DNA of 64,000 nt from Bacteroidota bacterium (GTDB taxonomy: Bacteria > Bacteroidota > Bacteroidia > Chitinophagales > Chitinophagaceae): NCBI GenBank assembly GCA_013286315.1, contig JABDFX010000005.1, positions 6,435 through 70,434 on the forward strand, given 5' to 3'. Both the position numbers and the translations under genes were made by a program. The first letter of the stretch is position 1; each line of letters starts with the position of its first letter. Below are positions 37,930-47,428 of this stretch, in pieces. A model generated the notes under the pieces. The model was not told the DNA's origin and ran no database searches. It saw nothing but the letters and a program-made list of their open reading frames with translations.

Positions 37930-39150
37930 ATGCCGGCAGAAACTCTTAAACGGATCAGGGATGAATATCAGTATACAGCCACCATACTGGCATTTGCCCT
38001 GATTCCGCTATCCGGCTTTGCCGTCGATATCTATCTTCCTTCCATGCCACAGATGGGGCAATCCCTTCATGCCAGCAGTATCCAGGTGCAGTCTACCATT
38101 ACCATTTTTCTGGTCAGCTATGGCATTTCCCAATTATTTATCGGCAGCCTGCTGGATAGTTTTGGCCGTTATCATATCGGATTATGGGCCCTTGTTGTAT
38201 TCGCCTTATCCTGCCTGGTCATTGCCACAACGCAGAATATCTATCTTTTTTATGCGATGAGGGTAGTTCATGGCATTACGGTGGCAGCGATCATCGTAGC
38301 TAAAAGGGCCTTCTTCGTAGATATGTATTCCGGTGATCAATTAAAGAGCTACCTGAGCATGTTTACCATTGTGTGGTCGACGGGCCCCATATTCGCTCCT
38401 TTTTTGGGGGGTTACCTGGAAACCGCATTCGGATGGCAGTCCAACTTTTATTTTCTGGCGGCTTTTGCACTGGTTATCGCCTTACTGGAATTGATCTTCA
38501 GCGGGGAAACACTGGTCGAATACTCAGTGTTCAATTTCAAAAAAATCACCGGAGTCTATATAAACATGCTGGCTACGCCCAGTTTCACACTTGGATTGCT
38601 TATGCTGGGGCTGTCTTATTCGATGGTGATGGTTTTTAATATGACCGGGCCATTTATTATTGAACATCACCTGTCTTTTTCACCCGTCACCGCCGGTTAT
38701 TGTTCGTTGATTCTGGGTACAGCCTGGATGGTTGGTGGTTTTGCCGGCAAAGCAACCATTCGAAAACCCTTTTATAAAAAATTATTTATCAATCTTTTCC
38801 TGCAGATCATTTTTATAGGCGCCATGCTGCTGAGTCTGACCTTCCGGATGAACTTATATACCCTGATATTTTTCGCATTTATCATTCACGTGACGGCCGG
38901 TTTTACTTTTAATAACTATTTCTCCTATAGCCTGAGCCTGTTTCCAAAGAATGCCGGTATTGCCGGCGGACTTTCAGGCGGAGTCAATTATATCATCGTG
39001 TCCCTGTTGAGTTATGGTATCGTTTATTTCATCCCCGCCAGCGATGAAGAAAATCTGGCATACAGTTACCTGGTTTTGATTTTTTTGTCAGCCCTGGTTA
39101 TGTTTTTTGTATACAAAATAAACCGGACAACTTCTCTTCATCGGGCTTAA
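37930..39150 (+). CDS. MFS transporter (Bcr/CflA-like)
   Basis: DIYLPSMP, GSLLDSFGR, GPIFAPFLGG, FGWQSNF; 12 TM. Confidence 0.88.
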   Translation: MPAETLKRIRDEYQYTATILAFALIPLSGFAVDIYLPSMPQMGQSLHASSIQVQSTITIFLVSYGISQLFIGSLLDSFGRYHIGLWALVVFALSCLVIATTQNIYLFYAMRVVHGITVAAIIVAKRAFFVDMYSGDQLKSYLSMFTIVWSTGPIFAPFLGGYLETAFGWQSNFYFLAAFALVIALLELIFSGETLVEYSVFNFKKITGVYINMLATPSFTLGLLMLGLSYSMVMVFNMTGPFIIEHHLSFSPVTAGYCSLILGTAWMVGGFAGKATIRKPFYKKLFINLFLQIIFIGAMLLSLTFRMNLYTLIFFAFIIHVTAGFTFNNYFSYSLSLFPKNAGIAGGLSGGVNYIIVSLLSYGIVYFIPASDEENLAYSYLVLIFLSALVMFFVYKINRTTSLHRA

Positions 39151-39162
39151 AAAATAAGTTTT

Positions 39163-40527
39163 ATGAACTCTATTCCTGATAAACAAAGAGCATATTTTAA
39201 TCTGAATTACACGAAGCCGGTTGAATTCAGAATACAACAGCTAAAAAAATTAAGGGATCTGCTGAAATCAAATGAAAGACTGTTGTACGATGCTATTTAT
39301 GCGGATTTCAGAAAATCAGGATTCGATACTTACCTGACCGAATTCGCCGTGCCCAATAATGAACTCGACATAGCCATCAGTCATTTAAAACGCTGGGCCA
39401 AGATAAAAAGGGTCAGGACCGATATGGTCAATTTTCCCGGGAGCAGTTATATCATTCCTGAACCCCTGGGTGTATGCCTGGTTATTGGTGCATGGAATTA
39501 TCCGATCAATCTTTCCCTAACGCCTCTTATTTCTGCTATAGCGGCAGGTAATACCGTTATACTTAAACCCAGCGAAATGACAGTGCATACAAGCGCTGCA
39601 CTGGCCCATATAATCAACGACCATTTTGATCCTGCGTTCCTGACGGTGGTTGAAGGAGGAATTGATGAAACAACTGCGTTGCTGGAAAATCAATTTGACA
39701 AGATATTTTTTACCGGAAGTGCTTCCGTAGGGAAAATTGTATACCAGGCTGCAGCAAAGCATTTGACACCTGTAACGTTGGAACTGGGTGGCAAGAGTCC
39801 GGCAATCATCGAGAAAGACGCTAACCTCAACATGGCTGCCCGGAGACTGGTCTGGGCAAAATTCCTGAATGCCGGACAAACCTGCGTAGCTCCTGACTAT
39901 ATTCTGGTTCATCAAAGCGTAGAAAAGGAATTGCTGGAAAAACTAAAACTTGAAATTCAGCATTCTGATTATTCCCTGTTGAATGGTAATTATGTTCAAA
40001 TCATCAATGAAAAAAATCTGGACAGACTAAAGGGGCTGGTTGATGAGGGTACAATATATCTTGGTGGTCAGACAGACAAAGAACAACGTACCATGTCGCC
40101 TACGGTTCTTTCAAATGTTTTGCCAACAGACAGGATCATGAAAGAAGAAATATTCGGTCCCGTTTTACCTGTTATTTCTTACGACGACCTGAACAGCGCC
40201 ATTAACTTCATCAAATCAAAATCCAAACCGCTTTCTTTGTATTTGTTTACTCATAATGATGTCATCAGAAAGAAAATACTCAGCGAGATTTCTTTTGGCG
40301 GGGGAGCTGTGAATGATGCGGTCATGCATTTTTCTAACAGCCGGTTACCATTCGGTGGTGTAGGTAATAGCGGCATGGGCAGTTATCATGGAAAGGCTGG
40401 CTTTGATTGTTTTTCTCATTTTAAAAGTATATACCAGAAACCCAACTGGTTTGAACTCAATCTCAAGTATTATCCCCATACAAAACGGAAATTGAAACTC
40501 ATAAAATTTGTAATGAGTCTGAAGTAA
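39163..40527 (+). CDS. Aldehyde dehydrogenase (ALDH3-like)
   Basis: WNYP, LKPSE, FFTGS, LELGGKSP, NAGQTCVAPDY, EEIFGP, PFGGVG.SGMG. Confidence 0.95.
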   Translation: MNSIPDKQRAYFNLNYTKPVEFRIQQLKKLRDLLKSNERLLYDAIYADFRKSGFDTYLTEFAVPNNELDIAISHLKRWAKIKRVRTDMVNFPGSSYIIPEPLGVCLVIGAWNYPINLSLTPLISAIAAGNTVILKPSEMTVHTSAALAHIINDHFDPAFLTVVEGGIDETTALLENQFDKIFFTGSASVGKIVYQAAAKHLTPVTLELGGKSPAIIEKDANLNMAARRLVWAKFLNAGQTCVAPDYILVHQSVEKELLEKLKLEIQHSDYSLLNGNYVQIINEKNLDRLKGLVDEGTIYLGGQTDKEQRTMSPTVLSNVLPTDRIMKEEIFGPVLPVISYDDLNSAINFIKSKSKPLSLYLFTHNDVIRKKILSEISFGGGAVNDAVMHFSNSRLPFGGVGNSGMGSYHGKAGFDCFSHFKSIYQKPNWFELNLKYYPHTKRKLKLIKFVMSLK

Positions 40528-40535
40528 TACTGCAT

Positions 40536-40934
40536 TTATTTTTTAGCGGAGGGCTCGATCAGGTCCCAAAGATTTCCATACAGATCTTCAAAAACAGCAA
40601 CGGTACCGTATTCTTCTTTAGACGGACTCCTTACAAATTGAATTCCCTTCCTCAACATGTTTTCATAATCGCGTTCAAAATTGTCGGTAAACAGAAACAG
40701 AAAAACGCGGCCGCCAGTTTGATTACCGACGGTGTTCTCCTGTTCAGAATTTGCGGCTTTGGCTAACAGAAGTGAGCAGTGGCCGTATCCAGGTGGCCTG
40801 ACAAGCACCCATCTCTTGGTTTCTGACAATATGGTATCTTCCTCCAATATAAATTCGAGTTTCCCTGTATAAAATTCAATGGCTTCATCATAATCTCTCA
40901 CTACTAAAGCAATATGGGCTATAAACTGTTTCAT
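40536..40934 (-). CDS. VOC/glyoxalase family protein
   Basis: HIALVVRDYDEAIEFY, YGTVAVFEDLYGNLWDLI. Confidence 0.9.
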   Translation of the reverse strand: MKQFIAHIALVVRDYDEAIEFYTGKLEFILEEDTILSETKRWVLVRPPGYGHCSLLLAKAANSEQENTVGNQTGGRVFLFLFTDNFERDYENMLRKGIQFVRSPSKEEYGTVAVFEDLYGNLWDLIEPSAKK

Positions 40935-40975
40935 TGCCTAAATTTATTTCAATTAACCAAGTATTTTTGCTGATA

Positions 40976-42028
40976 ATGAATTTATCAGAAAGACGGCGCA
41001 TGATCAGAACCATATTTATTTTCACTCTGGCTGTATCTTGCTTCAGTACCCGATCTTTTTGTCAGACCAAAGATTCCATCTTACTTTTTAACGGAGGGGT
41101 ATTGATCGGTGAAGTTCAGAGGTTAAGCCTGGGATCCATTTCGATAGATGATATTGATCTGAAAATGTTAAATATAAAATTATTTAGAATTAAAACTTTG
41201 ATCATACATGAGCGCTTCAAGATAGAAACGATTGAAAAAAAAATCTATTACGGCACCCTGCGAACATCCGACAGGGAGGGCTGGGTAGATATACATTTGG
41301 ATGACGGAAATATTCTTCCGGTTCATATTACCAGGATATACCAGCTTACTTCGATAGATAACAATATCCTCAAACGACTAAACGGAAATATATCAGCGGG
41401 ACTGAGCTTTACCAAATCCAGTAATATTGGCCAGGTTAATTTCAACGCCTCAATACAATTTGCAACTCAATTATTTGACTACCAATTATCTGTAACCAGT
41501 ATTGGATCGATTGATTCTGGGAAGTATTCAAGAGACAATGAAAATGTCATTTTCATCACTTCTTATGATTTGACACCCACCTGGTTCATATCGGGTGCGG
41601 CCCAATATCAAAGAAATCTGGAATTATCTATTTCCCGCAGGTATTTATTTATGCTCGGCATTGGCAACAAACTCATTATTAAAAAGAATATGAGATTGTT
41701 AGCAACTACCGGAATGACTTTTTCTCAGGAAAAAAGCATAGAGGGTGTATCGAGTGACCTGCTATTTGAACTTCCTGTTATGTTTCAGTTTAATTTCTAT
41801 CAATTTCGTAATCCGGATATTCAAATCAGCAGTACACAAACCGTATATTTCGGCATATCTCAGAACGGCCGTATCAGGTATGATGGTTCAACCAATTTTT
41901 CATGGCAGCTGATCCGATATTTTTATCTGAATCTGAGTCCGTATACGAATTTCGACAGTCATCCGCCTGCCGGAAGCGGAAGTAACTTCGATTTTGGAAT
42001 TGTATTTGGTTTGTCTTACAAATTCTAG
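40976..42028 (+). CDS. DUF481-like outer membrane protein
   Basis: Signal peptide, beta-strand pattern, terminal GLSYKF; TATTTTTG promoter-like motif at 40962; start uncertain. Confidence 0.6.
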   Translation: MNLSERRRMIRTIFIFTLAVSCFSTRSFCQTKDSILLFNGGVLIGEVQRLSLGSISIDDIDLKMLNIKLFRIKTLIIHERFKIETIEKKIYYGTLRTSDREGWVDIHLDDGNILPVHITRIYQLTSIDNNILKRLNGNISAGLSFTKSSNIGQVNFNASIQFATQLFDYQLSVTSIGSIDSGKYSRDNENVIFITSYDLTPTWFISGAAQYQRNLELSISRRYLFMLGIGNKLIIKKNMRLLATTGMTFSQEKSIEGVSSDLLFELPVMFQFNFYQFRNPDIQISSTQTVYFGISQNGRIRYDGSTNFSWQLIRYFYLNLSPYTNFDSHPPAGSGSNFDFGIVFGLSYKF

Positions 42029-42029
42029 A

Positions 42030-42278
42030 TAAGCTTAAAGCCTAAATAAGCTCAAGGCCTAAAGCCTAAAGCCTAAAACAAATTTGAATAAGTGTGAATG
42101 TAATGTAGTAGTAATATCCATGAACTTTTGCGCATGCGTTCACGTTTTCTTTACGCTCAAAGCCTAAAGCCCAAAGTGTAAAACAAGAACAATGTTAAAA
42201 TTCAATAATGAATAATTTTCAATATTACATTTATAATTTCAAATAGTTTTAGGCTTTGGTCTTTAGGCATTAGGCTTA
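42030..42278. repeat. AAAGCYY heptamer arrays: forward at 42030-42079 and 42152-42184, reverse at 42246-42278
   Basis: Read directly; each array ends in AAAAC on its own strand. Confidence 0.85.
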
Positions 42279-42324
42279 TTCACGCGAATTCCTTAATTTA
42301 AATCCCTCTACCGTCGAAAAAAAT

Positions 42325-44466
42325 ATGGATTTTACTCCCGTTTCAGATTCAAAACTTCAGGTTCCCGCTTTTTTGTCCGGTCATGGAGATATGAGTGAGC
42401 GTATCAGGCATTTCAACTGGTCGCAAACATCTATTGGTGCCGTTGACAAATGGAAACAGAGTTTACGCTCTGCATTAAATATCTGCCTGAATTCAAACTT
42501 CCCCATCGCGCTTTATTGGGGCAAAGAGCTTTGCTTATTGTATAACGATGCCTGGTCACCAATACCGGGTAATAAACATCCCTGGGCGCTTGGCCGGCCG
42601 GCAAAGGAAGTGTGGCCGGAAATATGGAGCGACATTGAGCCGCAGTTTGCGAAAGCATTCGTGGGTGAGCCCGGTGGTTCAAAGGATGCCCTCTTACCCA
42701 TGCAAAGACATGGTTATACGGAAGAATGTTATTTTGATTTTACTTTCACTCCGGTATACGGAGAGGACGGAAAAGTGGATGGTATTTTCAATGCAGTGAT
42801 TGAAACAACTTATCGCGTGATCAATGAACGCAGGGCATCATTGTTACAAAAACTTTCACGCAGGATCAGCTCGGCCAGTTCTGTGGATGAGGTATATAAG
42901 AAAGTGATCGGTTTACTGAAAAACAATACAGCCGATCTGCCTTTTTGTTTTATCTATTCTCTGTCTGATGAAAGAAATCCGCTGACGGTAGCCAGTACTT
43001 CACCGGAAGTTTGCGTGGGGGAACTACCGATCCAGGAGCTGATTAAAAATGGGTCTTCCAAACATGTCGCTGACATTCGTCCGTTCATGGATCAGGTACC
43101 TGTGAACTTTTGGCCGGAATCACCTACCGAAGGAATGCTTCTTCCTTTGAGAGGGAACAAAGGGACGATGAACGGATTTCTGTTTGTGGGACTAAGTGCC
43201 CGAAGACAATATGACGACGAGTTTCAAATCTTTGGGGAACAGGTTGCCGGTATTATCAGCGGAGCGCTGAATGCGATCGATTCGATGGAAGAAGAGCGTA
43301 GAAGGGCAGAGGCAGTCATCATAGCAGCCAGAAAATTAAAAGAAAGTGAAGAGCATTTCCGTAACCTCACACAGGCACTTCCTCAACTGGTTTGGGTTAC
43401 CGATACAGAAGGCAAACAGGAATTTGTTTCGGAACGCTGGAAAGAATATACAGGTCTGGACCCATATGATGATAAAACCTGGGCATTGATTGTTCACCCG
43501 GAGGATAGTCAGGTTTTGAACCAGATCTGGGGGAAAAGTAAAAAAACCGGCACTACTTATAAGGCGGAAGCCCGTTTAAAAGGACGGGATGGCGAATTCC
43601 GATGGTTTCATGTTCACGGCGAAATGATCCGTTCAGAAAAAAATGAAATCGTTAAATGGGTGGGTGCCTTTACGGATATCCATGAACAGAAATTAGCGGA
43701 GGCCATGTTACGACAAAGTGAAGAAAGGCTGGAGTTCCTCGTAAAAAAACGCACAGAACAATTGGAAAGATCCAACGATGATCTACAGCAGTTCGCCCAT
43801 GTGGCCAGTCACGATTTGAAAGAACCGATCCGGAAAATAAAAATATTCAGCAATTTATTACAGGAAGAATTTAATTCATCGTTCAACGACAACGCCAAAT
43901 TGTATTTGTCAAAAATACAAAGTGCCACAGAAAGGATGTTACTGATGATGGAAGGTGTTCTGAGCTATGCTGCCCTGGACGGATATCAGCAGGGAATTGA
44001 AGAATTGGATCTGAATGAAATTCTCCATTCGATTGAAACAGATCTCGAGTTGGTTATTCAGAAAAGGAAGGCCGTTGTGCAAATGGACCCGTTACCGAAA
44101 ATCCCGGGATATCCAATTTTAATTTATCAGCTTTTTTACAACCTTATTTCCAATGCACTTAAGTTTTCAAGAACAGACATAACACCGCAAATCCGGATTC
44201 ATTATAAGTCGATTGTGGTCGACCATAAGGATTATGCACAATTCCGCGTGATCGACAACGGGATTGGCTTTGATTCCAAATACGCCGAAAGGATATTTCA
44301 TACGTTTACCCGGCTGAATGCCCGGGATGATTATGAAGGCACAGGGCTTGGACTTTCTTTATGCAAGAAGATTGTAAATCGTCACCAGGGATTTTTGAAA
44401 GCCAGTGGTAAACCCAACCTGGGGGCAGAATTTATTGTTGAATTACCTTTTATTCATTTTGAATAA
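42325..44466 (+). CDS. PAS/GAF-domain sensor histidine kinase
   Basis: LYNDAW PAS-like domain, VHPED PAS, FAHVASHDLKEP H-box, NLISNALKF, DNGIGF, GTGLGLSLC. Confidence 0.93.
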   Translation: MDFTPVSDSKLQVPAFLSGHGDMSERIRHFNWSQTSIGAVDKWKQSLRSALNICLNSNFPIALYWGKELCLLYNDAWSPIPGNKHPWALGRPAKEVWPEIWSDIEPQFAKAFVGEPGGSKDALLPMQRHGYTEECYFDFTFTPVYGEDGKVDGIFNAVIETTYRVINERRASLLQKLSRRISSASSVDEVYKKVIGLLKNNTADLPFCFIYSLSDERNPLTVASTSPEVCVGELPIQELIKNGSSKHVADIRPFMDQVPVNFWPESPTEGMLLPLRGNKGTMNGFLFVGLSARRQYDDEFQIFGEQVAGIISGALNAIDSMEEERRRAEAVIIAARKLKESEEHFRNLTQALPQLVWVTDTEGKQEFVSERWKEYTGLDPYDDKTWALIVHPEDSQVLNQIWGKSKKTGTTYKAEARLKGRDGEFRWFHVHGEMIRSEKNEIVKWVGAFTDIHEQKLAEAMLRQSEERLEFLVKKRTEQLERSNDDLQQFAHVASHDLKEPIRKIKIFSNLLQEEFNSSFNDNAKLYLSKIQSATERMLLMMEGVLSYAALDGYQQGIEELDLNEILHSIETDLELVIQKRKAVVQMDPLPKIPGYPILIYQLFYNLISNALKFSRTDITPQIRIHYKSIVVDHKDYAQFRVIDNGIGFDSKYAERIFHTFTRLNARDDYEGTGLGLSLCKKIVNRHQGFLKASGKPNLGAEFIVELPFIHFE

Positions 44467-44472
44467 GGCAGG

Positions 44473-45123
44473 TTATTGGGTTTTTTTGGATTTAGAAGAA
44501 CTTTTATTCTTTGGTTTAGAAATCCATTGATCCGCGTTTTTATCTTTTCCCATCTGAGCAATTGATTTATCAGACAGTACTGATTTTGCTTTTTTTGATA
44601 TGTCAGTTGTTGAAGCAAAATCATCCCGATGCTTAATCAATAACCAGGCGTTTTCTCCGCTGCCATTATTATTCTTTATATGTACAAGTGCAAATTCCCC
44701 TTTCAATTTTTTCCCAAAAAGCCGGAATTTGAGGGATCCCGATTTCAACTGGGCCAGCAATGATTTTTCTTCTTCTTTTATTGATTTTTTCGGTTCAAGT
44801 GTTTCGTAAGTTCCTTCATCCCATACGATCACGGTGCCCGCTCCGTAATTACCTTCCGGAATGATGCCTTCGAAGTCCTTATAGTCGTAAGGATGGTCTT
44901 CCACCATCATCGCCAGCCTTCTGTCATCCGGATTCAGTGAAGGGCCTTTGGGGATAGCCCAGCTTTTTAAAACACCCTTCATTTCCAGGCGGAAATCATA
45001 GTGCAGCCGGGTGGCATCGTGTTTTTGTACTACAAAATGCAATGCGTCTTTTGCAGGTTTTCCGCCCCTGGGTTCGGGGGTCTTATTAAATACGCGTTTT
45101 TTATTATACTCCCTGAGTGCCAT
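44473..45123 (-). CDS. LigD 3'-phosphoesterase domain protein (stand-alone)
   Basis: FVVQKHDATRLHYDFRLE, LKSWAIPKGP, EDHP..Y..FEG, YGAGTVIVWD; no ligase or polymerase domain. Confidence 0.88.
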   Translation of the reverse strand: MALREYNKKRVFNKTPEPRGGKPAKDALHFVVQKHDATRLHYDFRLEMKGVLKSWAIPKGPSLNPDDRRLAMMVEDHPYDYKDFEGIIPEGNYGAGTVIVWDEGTYETLEPKKSIKEEEKSLLAQLKSGSLKFRLFGKKLKGEFALVHIKNNNGSGENAWLLIKHRDDFASTTDISKKAKSVLSDKSIAQMGKDKNADQWISKPKNKSSSKSKKTQ

Positions 45124-45185
45124 AGTCTGAATGTTACTTCAAACGGCTATGCAAATGGTATGCTAAGAGACTTTAAGGAACGTTA

Positions 45186-45578
45186 TTATTCGGCACAGTG
45201 CTGAAGCAGCCTTTCCGCTTCCAGGGTAATCTGATTGAAGTTGGCCGGTTTGGTAACCAGCTCAACACCAAACTGTTGACAGAAGACTAAATCTGACGGA
45301 TGGGCGGAAGTGCTGAACACTACAATAGGCATCTGGTTCCATTTGTCGTTCCTTTTTATTTCAATGAGGGTTTGCTTGCCATCCATCACCGGCATGTTGA
45401 TATCCAGTATTACCAGGCAGGGCAGATCGGATTCCTCAGCCCTTGTAAGGTATTGCAGGGCCTCTTTACCGTTCGTGGCGTGAGCAACGGTATAGGAAGG
45501 GTCTACCTTAAAAATTGCATTTCTAATCAATTCCCGGTCGTCCGGGTCGTCGTCTACGCAGAGCACTATTCGGGCCAT
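45186..45578 (-). CDS. Single-domain response regulator
   Basis: VDDD, LDINMP.MDG, FSTS, KP. Confidence 0.92.
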   Translation of the reverse strand: MARIVLCVDDDPDDRELIRNAIFKVDPSYTVAHATNGKEALQYLTRAEESDLPCLVILDINMPVMDGKQTLIEIKRNDKWNQMPIVVFSTSAHPSDLVFCQQFGVELVTKPANFNQITLEAERLLQHCAE

Positions 45579-45703
45579 GATTTCATATGCGATTTATGAA
45601 GTTCCGGTGCATAGATAGGTTTATTTAGTATAATAATAAAAATTATTCATTTAATTTTTCCGGGTTGTTTTTGCATTTAACTTCAAAGAATTAAACGATT
45701 GCC

Positions 45704-47428
45704 ATGCCGGGAGATACCCTTCAAATTAATAATAAAGCTGCTTTTCAAAATACCTTTGACGCCATCGTCATCGGATCGGGAATCAGCGGCGGCTGGGCCG
45801 CCAAAGAATTTTGTGATCACGGACTGAAAACGCTGGTATTGGAAAGGGGTCGAAATGTAGTGCATCTGAAAGACTATCCCACAGCGACCATGAATCCATG
45901 GGATTTTCCACATCACGAAAAACTACCTTTTTCAATAACAGAAAATAACCCGGTAGTCAACCGTTGTTATGCCTTCAATGAAACCTCACAGCATTTTTTT
46001 GTAAAGGACACTGAACACCCTTACGTGCAGGAAAAACCCTTCGACTGGATCAGGGGATACCAGGTCGGGGGAAAATCACTTCTATGGGCCAGACAAACCC
46101 AGCGGTGGAGTAAATATGATTTTATGGGTCCGGGAAGAGATGGATTCGCGGTGGAATGGCCCCTTTCTTACGAAGAACTTGCGCCCTGGTACAGTCATGT
46201 GGAGCATTTTGCAGGGATCAGTGGTAATTTCGACGGGCTGGATACATTGCCGGATGGAGACTTCCTGCCGGCCTGGGAAATGAACTGCGTTGAATCAGAT
46301 ATCAGCGGAAAAATCAACGCACATTACAAAGACCGGCACGTGGTGCAGGGGCGATGTGCCCATCTGACCAAACCCAGGGAGATACATATACAACAAGGCA
46401 GAAATCCATGCCAGGCGCGCAGCGAATGTGAAAGAGGCTGCCCCTTCGGCGGATATTTCAGTTCCAATTCATCCACCATACCCTGGGCGCTGAAAACGGG
46501 TAACCTGACCATCAGGCCATTCAGCGTAGTGCATTCTATTATTTATGATGAGCAGAAAAAAAGAGCTACCGGCGTACGCGTAATCGACGCCAATACAAAA
46601 GAAGAAGTTATTTATCATGCGAAAGTCATTTTTGTGAATGCAGCTACTTTGAATTCAAATCTGCTCCTGCTGAATTCTGTCTCTAGCCGGTTTCCGAACG
46701 GTCTGGGAAATGACAACGGATTACTGGGAAAATATATCTGTTTCCATAACTACCGGGGAAGTGTAAACGCTGCATTCGACGGTCCGCTGGATAAATATTA
46801 TTTTGGCCGCAGGCCCACACAACCCATGATGCCCAACTTCAGGAATGTGCATAAACAGGAAATGGATTTCCTTCGGGGATATATGGTATTTTTTGGCGCG
46901 GGCCGGGGACGTGGAAAATATCATGCTGAAGAAGAAATGGGTGCCGCGTTGAAAGAAAATCTTTCAGAACCCGGGGGCTGGTATGTGTCATCACAGATGC
47001 AGGGCGAAACGATTCCGAAGGAGGCCAATCATGTGCGGTTGAGTGAGGAAAAGAAAGATGCCTGGGGTATACCTGAACTGGTTTTTTCTGTGGACTATGA
47101 TGAGAACGATGTAAAATCGATGAAGGACTACTTAGAGCAGGCATCCGAAATGCTGGAGCTGGCTGGGTGTAAAGACATTCAGGCAAACGACAGCAAACAG
47201 GCGCCGGGCCTGGATATTCATGAAATGGGCGGATGCCGGATGGGGAAAGATCCTAAAACATCGCTTCTGAATAAATACAATCAGTTTCATCTTTGTCCGA
47301 ATGTATTTGTAACCGACGGAGCTGCCATGGTTTCAACCAGTACCCAAAATCCTTCCCTGACTTTTATGGCATTTACGGCAAGGGCCGTTGATCATGCGGT
47401 TTCAGAATTAAAAAAAGGAAATATTTGA
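45704..47428 (+). CDS. GMC family oxidoreductase (glycoside 3-dehydrogenase-like), copy A
   Basis: GSGISGGWAAKE, GYQVGGKS, HEMGGCRMG, NPSLTFMA. Confidence 0.9.
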   Translation: MPGDTLQINNKAAFQNTFDAIVIGSGISGGWAAKEFCDHGLKTLVLERGRNVVHLKDYPTATMNPWDFPHHEKLPFSITENNPVVNRCYAFNETSQHFFVKDTEHPYVQEKPFDWIRGYQVGGKSLLWARQTQRWSKYDFMGPGRDGFAVEWPLSYEELAPWYSHVEHFAGISGNFDGLDTLPDGDFLPAWEMNCVESDISGKINAHYKDRHVVQGRCAHLTKPREIHIQQGRNPCQARSECERGCPFGGYFSSNSSTIPWALKTGNLTIRPFSVVHSIIYDEQKKRATGVRVIDANTKEEVIYHAKVIFVNAATLNSNLLLLNSVSSRFPNGLGNDNGLLGKYICFHNYRGSVNAAFDGPLDKYYFGRRPTQPMMPNFRNVHKQEMDFLRGYMVFFGAGRGRGKYHAEEEMGAALKENLSEPGGWYVSSQMQGETIPKEANHVRLSEEKKDAWGIPELVFSVDYDENDVKSMKDYLEQASEMLELAGCKDIQANDSKQAPGLDIHEMGGCRMGKDPKTSLLNKYNQFHLCPNVFVTDGAAMVSTSTQNPSLTFMAFTARAVDHAVSELKKGNI

